From contig OZ024747.1 in assembly GCA_964016885.1 (NCBI GenBank), forward strand, positions 13,392,001 to 13,456,000: a stretch of DNA of 64,000 nt, read 5' to 3'. Position 1 is the stretch's first letter, and the number at the start of each line of letters is the position of its first letter. The DNA comes from Eledone cirrhosa (lineage: Eukaryota). This document shows positions 27,905 to 42,299 of this stretch, piece after piece. The translations under genes were made by a program, and so were the position numbers. The notes under the pieces are model-generated. The model was not told where the DNA came from, searched no databases, and saw only the letters and a list, made by a program, of their open reading frames with translations.

Positions 27905-28452
27905 GTGGGGACTCTATAGTTTTGTCATAGATGTGTTCTCTGATGGAAGTAGGTCGATGTAAAATAATTGCCCTCTAGCGGTCTTCTTCTGACTGGTGGC
28001 TGTGGTGAAAGAGGTAATATGGTGGATGAGGTTAAAAGGACTGAGGGCAAGCACCTTTCTCTCCAGACAACAACTCATCCCCTTCTTTAAGTACCACTTC
28101 AAAAGGAAGGTGAGAGTGGAGAGAGAGGTGCTACACCCCAGTAAATTCGCTGAACGGTGGGTGAATGTGGCGAAAAGGGCTTGGGTGAATGGGCCTTCTC
28201 TGTATATAAACCTGTAGGTTGAGGAAGATAAACAGAGGGAAGATGGGAACACCTACAAAACGTGTTCCTGGTGTTGAGGGTTGTTCTATCCACGGGGCGT
28301 AAAACAACCCCGCAATAGCGTTACTACCCCCAATTGTTTTATTTTTATATAGTTTATTGTTACTTATCATTGTTAAAGAGTTTATGTAAAACCCCCGCCG
28401 TCATGTCTTGTAATGTCCCATTTCTTGTACGCCCCTGTGGCAAATAAAGAAA
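27905..28452 (+). pseudogene. L1/Tx1-like LINE 3' end
   Basis: KEVIWWMR...FFKYHFKRKVRVER...FAERW, then a stop, a UTR and AATAAA before a (CTAT)n tract. Confidence 0.55.
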
Positions 28453-29289
28453 GATATCTATCTACCTACCTAACTATCTATTTATCTATCTATCTGTTTG
28501 TCTGTCTGTGTATTTATGTGTATAAACGCATAAATACAATCCACAAACAAAGCTTTGCTACAATTTGTTGAAGATATTGAATATTACTTGTTCTATCAGT
28601 AAAACAATAGGTTTTGTAGGACTCGTGATAATATAGACATTACATCAACATAAACCACATAAAACCTAATAGAAGTTTCTATATAAATTCACAAACTGTA
28701 TGTCTGGATAAACAGAAAGATATCCATTATTAAATTGCTGCTCAAAAGAGCACATTTAATATATCACTGAACAGAAACATTAAGTCTGAAAGAAGTTTCC
28801 CATATGATACAAAACCTAATGAGAAATGACCACGAGTAGACATAACTATTTATTTATTTGTGGAATTACTAACACAGCATGGTTCAAAATAAAGGTGTAT
28901 ATGGATTTATATGTTGGACCTCCATCATTTCTGACAATGAGTGTTCCAGTTGATTCAATCAATAGAACTGCCTGCTCAATGTACACCCTTAACATAGTTC
29001 TCAGGGAGATTTAGTGCAATACAATGTGTGACACGGCTGGCCTCTTGAATTACAGGTACAACTCATAAAAGTGTATGGACCATTATACAATATATTTATG
29101 TATGATGGATATAGATGCAGGCATGGGTGTGTGATGAAGGAGTTTGCTTCACAATTATGTGGTTCTAGATTCAGTCCTGCTTTGTAGTACCTTGGGTAAG
29201 TGTCTTCTATAGCTTTAGGCTCACCAATATCTTGTGAACAGAAGTTGGTAGATGGCATCTACAGAAGCCTGTTGTATATGTATATGGCA

Positions 29290-30400
29290 TAGAAGACAAT
29301 TGGAAAATTCTTATGTGACAACCTACTGCAAAGAACTGGTGAGATTTGTGGCTGGAGCAAAGCACCAACCAGACTAAGGGTGACCTATTGGTGGAACGAC
29401 ACAGTTGATAGAGCCATTAAGACAGTCATAAATAAACTAGAAAAAGTGGCATCAGAAACCAGTACTAGATAGCTAAAAGAGAAGATAGATGACAAGTGTA
29501 CATAGCATGCAAAGTGGCTGAAAGAAGGTTTGCCAATGTCTTCCAACATGAAGATCAGAGATGTGAGATGTTCCTCATTGCAATGTAGTGTAAATTAGGA
29601 TATTATTGGGGAAAAGTGTGTTTGAAATGACACTGGTGTACTTAGCATCACTGATGCTCAAAAGAAAGAGGTCTGAAAATATTACTATGGGAGGTTGATA
29701 TATGTGGAGAATGAACGGAGAGAAGAGAGGCTACTTCTAGCTGACTTACCTGAACGATGGCTGTATGATACCTGTGTGTGAAGTGTGATGGTAATGAAAC
29801 ATCGGGAGTGATTTCAGAGGAGTTGCATAGGCTGGAAATGAAGCAAGCATGATTCAATGGATGTGCAAAGTTAATGTGTGATAATGACAGAGCTTGGATG
29901 AACTTAGAGAAAAACTGAGTATAAGAGGCAGTGCCAGATTTTGGACAAATGAGGCCCTGTGCTAGTAAAGTTATGAAGCTCCTTACTTGGGCCTTGAAGG
30001 AGGTAGGCCCAGTAAAAAAAAAATGTTTTTGGCAGGAAGATGGACCGCTCCTGGCCAACAGGGCCCTGTGCTTAAGCACACCTCAGCACAATGGTAAATT
30101 CAGCATTGATAAAAGGAGTTGGAAATTGTGTGTAAGAGAGAAGACTTAATTTGTATGGACATATGATGCACATGGATGAAGATCGCTAGGTGAAGAAGTA
30201 CCAAGAAATCTCAGTGGAAGGAAGATGAAGTAGAGGAAGACCTGTGAGGAGTAACTGAGAGATATGACTTCAAATTGCTGAAACTCATAGAGGAGATGAT
30301 AAAGGAATATGACAAGTGGAGGGATGTGCTGAAAAAGACCCATCCAACCCATGCAATCTTGGAAAAGCAGATGCAAATATGATGATTATGATGATAATGA
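29290..30400 (+). pseudogene. Highly decayed RTE-like LINE fragments ending in a (GAT)n tail
   Basis: WWNDTVDRAI-like and C-terminal GHM..M motifs; the 3' tail resembles those of SINE families B, D and E. Confidence 0.55.
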
Positions 30401-30929
30401 TATATATATATGTGTGTGTGTGTATGTGTGTGCATGCGTTTGTGTGTGTGTGTCCATGACCATGTTCAGTGATTCAACAAAGAAAGTGATCAGTGATGCT
30501 TTCATGCAGAAACCTGCAACCAACTGTATTGTTTGTAAAAGGAAATACAAAATATTAGAAATAAGCCATGCTATAATTACTAAAGTTTGAAATATTCATT
30601 AATTCACATACACATAAATATATATATAGACACATCACCCATAAATATATATATATATACACACACATCACTCATAAATATTCATACACTCATACACATA
30701 TACATGCATAAATAGATACACACATACCTATATACATATGCAGACTCTAAATATTCATACACGCATTCATAAATACATACATGCACAAATATATATATAT
30801 ATATGCACACATACATGCTTGCATATCTACATGCACACATACATGCTTGCATATATACATGCACACATACATATATTGACACATACATGCATACATATAC
30901 AGTATACATACAGACAGATAGACAGAGAG

Positions 30930-31990
30930 GGTGAGTTTGAGGCAATATCTTAAACAAAATAAAAAGGCAGCAGCCATCTTGCCCAGGTTTATGGACTTGA
31001 ATATAACCACATTGTTAGGATAGCTACTGATCTAGAAGAAGGACATGAAATAAAAGCTGACACAAAAGTCTCTCCCAGAAACATTAGAAAACTCTACTCA
31101 ATACTCGAACAGAATAAAACATAAACCAGTTCACTGAGAAGTTTGTACTTGGGTACTTGAGATGAAAACCACAGAGCATAGAGGGGGATGAACCACACTA
31201 GAAGCCTGACAAAGAGCTCTAACATGACCATAACATTCCATTGAAGGATTCCTCCATGCAATCTCTGAGCATAAAATCCTCTTCCAAGTACCTACTGTAC
31301 AAAAGAGGAAAGTCCTCAGTTGGTAACAAATGTAGGCTGTGCAAAACAAAGACCGAAGATGTTACCCACATTATTGCTGACTGTGAAAGAATGTCTTCTG
31401 TCTTCTCACTACTACCTTCCCATGGGGCATAATATGATACCCAGAACAATCTGGAATACATTACAGAAGACAAAAATAACTACAAATAAGGAGGAATATG
31501 TTGAGTCTGATGTTTCACAGGAATATTGTAGGAATGTAAAAATAAAGTTGCCACCAGTCCGATATTGTAGTCAGAAACCACAGATTAAAAACATGCTCTG
31601 TTATAGAAGTCAGCTGCCCAATTGATGTAAGGGAAATACAAGAGGAGGTGGATATATACAGATCATTGAAGATGAGTTTGCAACTCCAGTACCCAAGACA
31701 CACATTCAGTTTTAAACCTATCATTATTGGAGTTATAGGATATATACCAACCTGCCTGGACCAAAGTTTAACTGAACTTGGATTTGTGGAGAAAGAAGGC
31801 AGCTCCTTAATTCATAAACTACAAATGGCTCAGATATATATATAAACTATATATAAACTACAAATGGCTAAGATATATGTAAAATATTCTTACAATTCAA
31901 ACGATGAATGATAGCACAATAACAGTGAAAGTTTACTTTTCTTTACAAATTTGCCACTAGGAAGGTGGCCTATCGAAATTAAACTCAAGA
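30930..31990 (+). pseudogene. R4/Dong/NeSL-like RLE non-LTR retrotransposon relic
   Basis: CCHC knuckle CRLCKTKTEDVTHIIADC, followed by IEVSCP and PIIIGVIG motifs in shifted frames. Confidence 0.7.
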
Positions 31991-32354
31991 TTAAGAGAGA
32001 TCAAACATACACACACACATACATAACTAGTCATACATACATACCAAGAACAACATACATACACATGCACATATACACATACACATACACATACATATAC
32101 ACATACATCTATAAATATTCATACATACATAGATAGACAGATAGACATACATATGAATGTCTGTTTGTTCGTAAAAATAATAGATAGTGTATTTAATATG
32201 ATTCTAATTGGTTGGAATCTCTAGAGGTATATAGTGGTTTCAATTTTATTTCAGTCAAAATTGAAACTAAGAATCAAATTAGAAGTTATGTTATTGATAT
32301 TTCCCATTTTATGAATTATTATTATGTAAAATTTTATGAAATATATTATATCAG

Positions 32355-32454
<100 letters not shown>

Positions 32455-32683
32455 GTGTGTGTATGTGTGTGTATATATGGTTGTGTGTGTGTGTGTATAT
32501 ATGGTTGTGTGTGTGTGTGTGTGTGTATGTATTTGGTTGTGTGTGTGTGTGTGTATATATGGTTGTGTGTGTGTGTATATATATATATGTATATGTGTAT
32601 ATATATATATGTATATACATATGTATACATATATATACATATATATATATATGAATAGTTGTATATATGTATATGTGTATATA

Positions 32684-32751
<68 letters not shown>

Positions 32752-33442
32752 TATATATATATACACACACACATATACATATATATATATATACATATAT
32801 ATATGCACACACACACATATATATATATGCACACACAGACATACATATGTATGTATATATGTATATGGACACTCTTAAATGTATAGTAATTTCAGATACA
32901 CAAACCAACATACATTGATGTAAGAAATGTAAAGACAGAGCATTTAATAATGGTTTCTATAAACCATTATAATAAAGCCATTTATTTTTGGCTGGTGAAT
33001 TTAAGTTTGTTTTCCAATTACATGATTCAGGGTTCTAAACACACACACACACATACATATACATATACACTTATACACACACATATATCAAACATATATA
33101 TATAGTATATACATATATATATATATACACACATACACATACACACGCATATATATGTCTATATATACATATACATATATTCACGCACTGACACTTATAA
33201 CACAGGTAAATATTACATACATTTATATATATACACACACACACACATATATACACATATACACAGACATACCCATATACATACATACACACACACATAT
33301 ATATATATATATGTAAAAGTTCTATTTAAATTGTTGGGATACAACAAGCAAATATTTTTATAACTGATATAAAGCACTCAACAAATATTTGGAGTAAAAA
33401 TACGATATTAACAAATGGAAACTATATTTATAAAACCATATT

Positions 33443-33507
33443 TATTTCATTACACATATTTCAAGGACACCAAGTTAAATTAAGGTGTGCTTTCATCAGA
33501 TAAAATA
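33443..33507 (-). ncRNA. Minimal type I hammerhead ribozyme motif, inverted partner copy
   Basis: Minus strand reads TATTTTAT CTGATGA AAGCACACCT-loop-TGGTGTCCTT GAAA TATGTG TA ATGAAATA; two stem II mismatches. Confidence 0.75.
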
Positions 33508-33657
33508 TAATATAGATCAGTTTTATAAATAAATATTGACATACCCTTAAAGAATGCAACCATTACTGTGGGGAGCTTCCAACAGTAATGGTTGCATTCT
33601 TTAAGGGTATGTCAATATTTATTTATAAAACTGATCTATATCATTGGATCTATATTA

Positions 33658-33722
33658 TATTTTATCTGACGAAAGCACACCATAATTTAACTTGGTGTGC
33701 TTGAAATATGTATAATGAAATA
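33658..33722 (+). ncRNA. Minimal type I hammerhead ribozyme motif, intact core
   Basis: Stem I TATTTTAT/ATGAAATA, CTGACGA, perfect 10-bp stem II AAGCACACCA/TGGTGTGCTT, GAAA, self-complementary TATGTA, AUA cleavage triplet. Confidence 0.85.
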
Positions 33723-33814
33723 AATATGGTTTTATAAATATAGTTTCCCCATTTGTTAATATCGTATATATATATATACATATATGTATATATATATATA
33801 TACATATATGTATA

Positions 33815-33945
<131 letters not shown>

Positions 33946-34520
33946 ATACTTTGGGAGGGTCATGTTGCCATTAAGAAACACACGCACCAGTTGCTTTCAC
34001 TTCAATTTATTATATATTTATAAATTTATAAATCTACAAATCTACAAACTTATAAATTTACAATTACATGATTATAAATTACATGATTATAAATTTCCAA
34101 TTACACTTATAAATTTCCAATTACATATATACATATATATATATATATACATATATACACACAGAGACACTTAAATACAGGTAGATATACATATGTATAA
34201 TAAGGCAGCAGTTTTTGTAGCATCATTGGAGCATTTGATTTGTGGTACTCATTACAGCTTTCTGTGCGCTGAATTCAAATCCTGTCAAGATTTAGGTTGA
34301 TAAATAAACTACTTCTCTAGTTCTAAGTTCTATTCTTTCTTTATATCTTTTTCACACTTTATTTTTCTTGCTCTTTCTCTTCCACTAGAAGAATCCGCCT
34401 GTGTTTAAATCTGAACAGAGGATGGGTTCTATTATGTATGTATGTATGTATGTATGTATGTGTGTGTGCATGTGTCTGTGTATGTATGTGTGTGTATGTA
34501 TGTATGCACATATGTATGTA

Positions 34521-34831
34521 TGTTCTTCTTTTTGGTAAATATCATCTTGGTTAAGAGAGTGGGACTGGCTTTGTGCAGTGCCTTTGCTCACTATAAAAGC
34601 TTCACGGCACAGGCATTGCTTTATATCTGGAGATCTCTCTGCACTTGTCGTCACATGGTACCATGGGCCCAGCACTATGTGTCAATAATTGTCACAAGTG
34701 TAGTGTTTGTACCAGAGTTTTCAAGTCGCTGGCTGGACTAAAAAGTCACACTCGTTCAGCGCATCGGTAGGGGTTCTCCTACATGGATATAAAGTAGTGG
34801 CCGTACTCGAAAACGAGTTGGCAGCCACCAT
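34521..34831 (+). mobile_element. Family C 5'-truncated copy
   Basis: Matches about 6590-6898; inserted in (TATG)n. Confidence 0.8.
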
Positions 34832-35154
34832 GTATGTATGCACATATGTATGTTTGCATGTATGTGTGCATGCATGTATGTCTGCATTTATGCATATATG
34901 TATGTACACATGTATTTGCACATGTATGTGTGCATGCATGTATGTCTGTATATGTATGTATGTATGTATGTATGCACACAGGTATGTGTGCATGTATGTG
35001 TGCATGTATGTCTGTATATGTATGTATGTATGTATGTATGTATATGTATGTATGTATGTGTTTGTTATATACATGAATGAGTATGTAACTAAATGATTTT
35101 AAATATTTTACTTACATATCACCAATAACAATGTAAATCTTGATTTCTTTCCAG

Positions 35155-35262
35155 GTGGATGAAGATGAACCATTATTCATGTCTCTGATTGATGATTTGT
35201 TTCCAGGAATGACTTTAGACAAAGCTGGATATCCCTCCATTGAAGCAGCCATTGCCACTCAG
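35155..35262 (+). CDS. DNAH5: Dynein heavy chain exon 13 ([18 protein letters not shown]...IATQ)
   Basis: cag|GTG ... CAG|gtaaga; 108 nt. Confidence 0.95.
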
Positions 35263-35559
35263 GTAAGACAAAACAAACAAACAAACAAAAACCAATAAAA
35301 CAACAACAACAAAACAACAAAATAAAAACATTGAAACCTCTGGTGTCCTCGGTCCCTAAACTACCATTTTCCTCTGCAAAATTGGGATGAGTGTATCCTG
35401 CCTGAGGAAGGAGACCTGTGAGGTATAGTGACTGTTGCAGCAGGTGTCACAGGCTGTTCTCCATGGTATTGCTTTTGCTATCTTGTCTGCATGGCACAGC
35501 TGACATATACCACCTAGACAGGTGAGTAGAGTCTACCCATCCCTTACTCCAACCCTCCT

Positions 35560-36370
35560 CTTATTTTCATTATTTCTCTCAATCAGTCACTCTTATCCTT
35601 CCTCAACACCTGACCCAACTATCTCATTTCATTTCTCTTTACATCATTCAGTACTGATTTAGTTCCTCTCATCCAGTCACGTACATCCTCAACACATGAC
35701 CCAACCATCTCTTTCCATTTCTCTTCACACCATTCAGTACTGATTTAGTTCCTCTCACCCAGTCACGTACATCCTCAACACATGACCCAACCATCTCTTT
35801 CCATTTCTCTTCACACCATTCAGTACTGATTCAGTTCCTCTCACCCAGTCACGTACATCCTCAACACATGACCCAACCATCTCTTTCCATTTCTCTTCAC
35901 ACCATTCAGTACTGATTTAGTTCCTCTCATCCAGTCATGTACATCCTCAACACATGACCCAACCATCTCTTTCCATTTCTCTTCACACCATTCAGTACTG
36001 ATTTAGTTCCTCTCACCCAGTCACGTACATCCTCAACACATGACCCAACCATCTCTTTCCATTTCTCTTCACATCATTCAGTACTGATTCAGTTCCTCTC
36101 ATCCAGTCACGTACATCCTCAACACATGACCCAACCATCTCTTTCCATTTCTCTTCACACCATTCAGTACTGATTCAGTTCCTCTCATCCAGTCACGTAC
36201 ATCCTCAACACATGACCCAACCATCTCTTTGCATTTCTCTTCACACCATTCAGTACTGATTCAGTTCCTCTCACCCAGTCATGTACATCCTCAACACATG
36301 ACCCAACCATCTCTTTCCATTTCTCTTTGCAACATTCATCAATAACCCTGTTCCTCTCACCCAGTCGCTA
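35560..36370. repeat. 86-bp minisatellite, about 9 units
   Basis: CAGTACTGAT recurs at 35649, 35735, 35821, 35907, 35993, 36079, 36165 and 36251. Confidence 0.95.
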
Positions 36371-36490
36371 TCATTCTTCACAACATTTATCACCTATTTT
36401 CCACATGAAACTACGTCTCATCTTGATAGCAATAAAAATGGTGTCTTTAAAAAATCTCGTGATTATCAGATATTGTCTACTTTCTTACAG

Positions 36491-36790
36491 GTAACAGAAG
36501 CTGGTCTGATAGCTCACTCAGCATGGGTGCTGAAACTGATACAACTCTACGAAACACAGAAAGTACGTCATGGAATGATGACATTAGGACCAAGTGGTGC
36601 TGGCAAGACAAAGTGTATCTATGTGCTGCAAAAGGCACTGACTGTTTGTGGAATGTTCCACAAAGAGATGAGAATGAACCCTAAAGCTATAACAGCACCA
36701 CAAATGTTTGGTCGTCTTGATGTTGCTACAAATGACTGGACAGATGGAATATTTTCCACCCTATGGAGAAAAACACTGAAAATGAAAAAG
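36491..36790 (+). CDS. DNAH5: Dynein heavy chain exon 14, AAA2 P-loop ([16 protein letters not shown]...[13 protein letters not shown]...WTDGIFS)
   Basis: cag|GTA ... AAG|gtatgt; 300 nt. Confidence 0.97.
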
Positions 36791-38101
36791 GTATGTTTTT
36801 TTTTGTATTTGAAGAAGAAAGTAAGACTGATAATATAAAGGTCTTTGGTTCAATTCAAGGTTTCAGTTTCTGGTGGCTGGCATTAAATATTTTATGTGCA
36901 GGCATTGCTGTGTAGTTGAAGAGTTCACTTTGCAGTCATATGGTTTTGAGTTCTGTCTCACTGTATGGCACCTTGAGCAAGTATCTACTATTAATGACCC
37001 AAGTTAATCAATACCTTGTGAGTGAAATTTGGTAGAGGAAAACTGTGTGTGTGTGTCCATGTCTGTGTTTACATTTACTGTTTGTTTGTTTTGTAATTTA
37101 GTTCTTTGAAAAAAAAAATTGATTGATAAAATGAGCACCAGACTTGAAAAGATGAGTATTAAAATCAATATGATCGACTAAATCTCTTCATGGTGGTGTC
37201 CTGTCCAACATGGCTGCATTTTAATGACTGAAACCAGAAAACAACATAAATTACTCCAAATTCTTCGATTATTTCCCAAATTATTTGAAAATCATAAACA
37301 TTGTCTTTCATTAAAAATATGGTAATGAAAGGGTTAAATTGATCCAGCAATTCAGCTTTACCACTAGAGCCATTTCTTTTATGACACAAAAGCTAACCTG
37401 GAATGGCATAAACTCTACAACTGACAACTTTACAGGGTGGACTGGGTGCTTTTTGTCATGTCAAATTTTTACTGATATATTTAATGATTGCAGGAAATTA
37501 TTATATATTTAAGTTAATTATACAAGTTTGTATAAAACTGCAATCCTTTAAAGTAGTTGTGTAATGAACCTCTCTGAGGTCTGCACCCTAGGTGTCTGCT
37601 TAGTTAGCTTTAATGGTAGCACCAGCCCTGTTTATGTAATGAAATCCTTATCAAACATAAAATACCATGTAGGATCTCTCAACTGGAAATTTTTTATGTG
37701 AAATGATAATTCCTATATTTGCAACAAAGGCGCCATAAGAAGAATGTTACAAAAGATGAAACAAAATCTCAGAAAAAGTATGCAATGATATATCTGTTTT
37801 GCTAAAAATATATACAGCATGAAATTGTTTTTCTTTAAAAACAAAAAAAAAAATGAAGATAAAAAAAAAAATTCCACTCCTTTCTCCTTGCAAATAAAAG
37901 AAAACAAAGCAAAAGTATAGGGATATGGAAGGTGATGAAGTTGGTGTTGGCGGTGATAGGAATAATGATAACAATAATCATAGCCTTTTAAAAAGAAAAT
38001 GATTCTTTCAACAATTAAATTTGTTTCATATATATATATAAGTATGAAGCCAGAGATATTTAAAGGAAATGAAATAATAATAATACTAACAACAACAACA
38101 A

Positions 38102-38293
38102 TAATTGTTTCTACTTTTGCACAAGGCCAGCAATTATCACAGTGTATTACTGGTACATTATTTTATCGACACCTTAAAGATGAAAGGCAAAGTTAACCTT
38201 GGCGGGGCTAGAACTCAGGACGTAAAGGGCCATAACTCTATGCTGCAAAGCATGGCGTCTGACTCTCTACCGATGCTGCCAATCCACCACCCT
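38102..38293 (-). mobile_element. SINE family A copy
   Basis: Reverse complement of the 1391-1583 type. Confidence 0.85.
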
Positions 38294-38324
38294 AACAATG
38301 GTGGTAATAATGCTACTAATAATA

Positions 38325-38500
38325 GTAACACCACATACAAACAGAATAGAGGAATGGTAATAATAGTAATAACAACACATATATACAGAATAGAGGAATA
38401 ATAGTAACAACACATATATACAGAATAGAGGAATGGTAGTAATAGTAATAACAACACATATATACAGAATAGAGGAATGGTAGTATTAATAATAGAAATG
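38325..38500. repeat. Short imperfect tandem repeat (ACACATATATACAGAATAGAGGAAT)
   Basis: Four copies of ACAGAATAGAGGAAT. Confidence 0.8.
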
Positions 38501-38724
38501 ATAGTAATAGTAAGAGTAGTATATGTATTTGAGATAGAGGAAAGAGACAAAATCAAAGAATATTTAGAAGGCTTCACATTATTTTATTTATTTATAATTA
38601 AATATATATAGATATATTTTCTTTTTCAATTTTCTTTTTGGTTAATATATTTTTATTGTCAGCATTTACAGGTTTTGCCTATCAGCCTGTTAAGTAACTA
38701 TTTTCCATATTCCTTCTATTTTAT

Positions 38725-38788
<64 letters not shown>

Positions 38789-38804
38789 ATATATAATGTG
38801 TGTC

Positions 38805-38836
<32 letters not shown>

Positions 38837-38911
38837 ATGTGTATATATATGTATGTATATATATATATATGTATCTTTGTATATATATATATATATGTGT
38901 GTGTATATATG

Positions 38912-38944
<33 letters not shown>

Positions 38945-41196
38945 GTTTGTATATATATATATATATATATATGTTTGTATATATATATATATATATATGT
39001 GTGTGTATATATATATGTATGTGTATAAATATATATATATATACACACACACACACACTCATGCACACACAGATTGAGAGAGAGATAAAGATAGAAAAAT
39101 GTATAAGTAAGTAATACATTCTTTAATAAACACAACTTTAACATTGCTGTAAAAAATAAGAGAGTAGCTACATCACAGATTTTATCTCTTTGTTGGTAGA
39201 AATGGGAACAATACAACTAGTTTCTGACATTGTTAGACTATTCAGAGAAAGAATATCCATCTTCTGTCTATAGAGATATTAGAAGCTTATATAAAGACTC
39301 TATAAAGAAACTTCAAAAACATCTGTCTATGAGGGTTTATCCAGTAATTAATATGGGTCTTTAACTCATTATTGAGTTGTAAGGAACGCGTTTTTTGAGT
39401 TTGAAACCTGGCAGAGTTCATCACTCTCAACATCTGAACACAACAGATTTTGTCCAGAGAAAAAAAGGAAGAATCTATCCCAGTTCTGGACTGGTAATTC
39501 ATATATTGGCTTCACAAGAATGAAAGCAATGTTGACAGTGATATGGAAAATAAATCAGTCCCCATCATTTTGATTGTACCCTGCTAGATATCAAAACAAT
39601 TGTAATATGCCAATAAGGTTTGTACATGTGCTGCAACACTGACTTTGATTCTACTTAATCTGTTTACAATATCTGCGCACTACAGCCGCCTTATCTCTGG
39701 AATACAACCCACATGAGATGGATCTTGCAACAGCATTGAGTGCTTTGAATGCCATACCACCTGTAACTGTGGTTACACACCTTAGTAACACGCACATGCA
39801 CATGCACACACGCACACACACACGTTTATATATATATATAAGAAGAAACAGGGGCTGTGTAGTTGCTGGATAAGGTGTACTTATAGATAAGAGGAAATCA
39901 CGAACAGGAGAACATTTTCCTTCATCAGTTGTCTGCTGGGGATCATGGATATTTCTATGCATTAAAGACAAGATATCTAACCCCAGTGCAACTAAAGGAA
40001 GTTATTGGGGAAAAAAAGGGAGAGAGAGAGCTAACCCCTTTTCCCTCAGATTGTTATATGGTGAGAATAACAATAAAAATAAAAATAAATGTTTACACTC
40101 AGAGAAGAATAGTTACCCAGTATTGTATATCATAGTTATACCAAAATAATTGAAACATTGAACTTAGCACATGGACCCCCAGTTCTACCTTTGTAGATCC
40201 CCGAGGTCAACACAGACCCATCGCCAGGCTTTGGTGCTGATTGGGTTTCAGAACATTCTGGGTTAATATTCTAATTTGAAATAATTCTAAAGCAAAGTTT
40301 TGGAAAAAGCATATCTGTATTTTTTTTTAAAAATCTGAGAGTGCACCATTGAAAAGTAAGGTGGGAAAGGGGAGGCAGTGCTACCCAGCGTCCTTCACCT
40401 CCCTTGGCGATGGGCCCAAATTCAGAGACTCTAGATTGGAAACCCTTGTCCTAGATCTTAGATTAAAATCTATAGAAGATATTTTATTGTGTTTTGATAG
40501 TACAGTATATTTTAAGTTTCCTTAAATATATTTAACAGCCAAGAACAGACAGAGACCAGAAAACTATCCTCCATCCCCTAATCCCCTGCAAAAAAAAATA
40601 ACAAACTCATTGATTATGTTAGTTTACCTGGTTGGCTTCAACATATCTGTGACCTATCCATGCAAACATCTTTCCTAATTTTATGAAATTTGGCAGACTT
40701 ACTGAAATGAAGTCATATCTGAACTATTATCCAGCTAATAATTATAGTTTGAAAGCCTGTTGGCATTTGTAGTTCTTCTCTCCAAACTGATGAGTGTTTT
40801 TCTTGGGCTTCAAATCAGATTTTGTAACAATACAAAAAATAATTTTTTATTATATTTTTTTCTAACTTTCAGAAGTAAATTTTTGGCTAGAATTCAGAAG
40901 AATTGTGAGAGAATTTTAAAACAAGAAAAACAAAAAATAACAATTATAATAATAATTCTTTCTAAAATTGGCACAAGGCCAGTAATTTTGAGGAAGAAGA
41001 AAATTGATTATATCAACTTCAGTACATTACTGGTATGTTTATTTTATTAACCCGGGAAAGATGAAAGGCAAAGTTAACCTTAGTGGAATTTGAACTCAGA
41101 TTGTAGCATTTATTCAATGCTCTACTGACACTGTCAACCCACTGCCAATAATAATAATAGTAGTAGTAGTAGTAATAATAATAATAATAATAATAA

Positions 41197-41388
41197 TTAT
41201 TATTTCTACGTTTGGCACAAGGCCAGCAATTATCCCAGTGCATTACTGGTACTTTATTTTATCGACCCCGTAAGGACGAAGGGTAAAGTTAACCTCGGCG
41301 GAATTTGAACTCAGATCATAAAGGGCCGTAATTCTATGCTTCAAAGCATGGCATCTGACCCTCTACCGATACTGCCAATCCACTGCCT
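41197..41388 (-). mobile_element. SINE family A copy
   Basis: Reverse complement of the 1391-1583 type, flanked by (TAA)n. Confidence 0.85.
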
Positions 41389-41389
41389 T

Positions 41390-41426
<37 letters not shown>

Positions 41427-41712
41427 GAGATGTGCTAGATGTTGCCTATCTGTATGGTACTGTAATAATTCATATAATTATATATTAAGAGAAAGTTACT
41501 GACACGGGTGAGAAATTTTTATATTTCTTCTCAACTTAAATATGTATTTTGGAAAAAGCTAGTTCACTTATATTTCAACCTTGTTTTTATATTTTTACTT
41601 TTATTTATATATTTGGTTAATTTTTAGTACTTTTTTGTTGTTGGTTATATATTTCTTTCTTTTTCATACCTTCTTTTTCTTTAGTTTATATCTTCCACTA
41701 CTTACTCCACCC

Positions 41713-42299
41713 CATCATCATCATCATCATCATCATCACCATTACCACCACCACCACCATCATCACCATCATCACCATCACCATCATCATTACTATCACC
41801 ACCATCACCATCACCACCATCATCACCATCATCACCATCATCATCATCACCATCACCATCATCAACATCACCACCACCACCATCACCATCATCACCATCA
41901 CCATCATCACCACCACCACCATCATCACCATCACCATCATCACCACCACCACCATCATCACCAACATCACCACCACCACCATCATCACCACCATCATCAC
42001 CATCATCATCTCCATCACCATCATCATCACCACCATCACCATTACCATCATCACCACCACCACCACCACCACCATCACCATCATCATCATCACCATGACC
42101 ATCACCACCATCACCACCATCATCATCTCCATCACCATCATCATCTCCATCACCATCATCTCCATCACCATCATCACCACCATTACCATCATCACCACCA
42201 CCACCACCACTACCAGCACCACCACCACCACCACCATCACTATCACCATCATCATCACCATCACCACCATCACCACCACCATCACCACCATCATCATCA
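41713..42299. repeat. (CAY)n trinucleotide microsatellite of about 585 bp
   Basis: In-register CAT/CAC triplets with occasional variants. Confidence 0.97.

Larger units (their letters stand above)
33315..33767 (-). mobile_element. Foldback element with hammerheads (Penelope-like pLTR remnant or non-autonomous element)
   Basis: Near-perfect palindrome 33400-33767 centred on AGCT (33574-33577), plus an unpaired tail of about 85 nt; (TA)n on both sides. Confidence 0.7.

Noticed and set aside
32195-32290. AT-rich hairpin GTTTCAATTTT/AAAATTGAAAC
   Set aside because: Short, with weak outer pairing; cannot be separated from chance in AT-rich DNA.
35560-36370. 86-bp array as CRISPR or tandem retrozyme
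   Set aside because: Units are nearly identical head-to-tail with no unique spacers and no CUGANGA/GAAA core.
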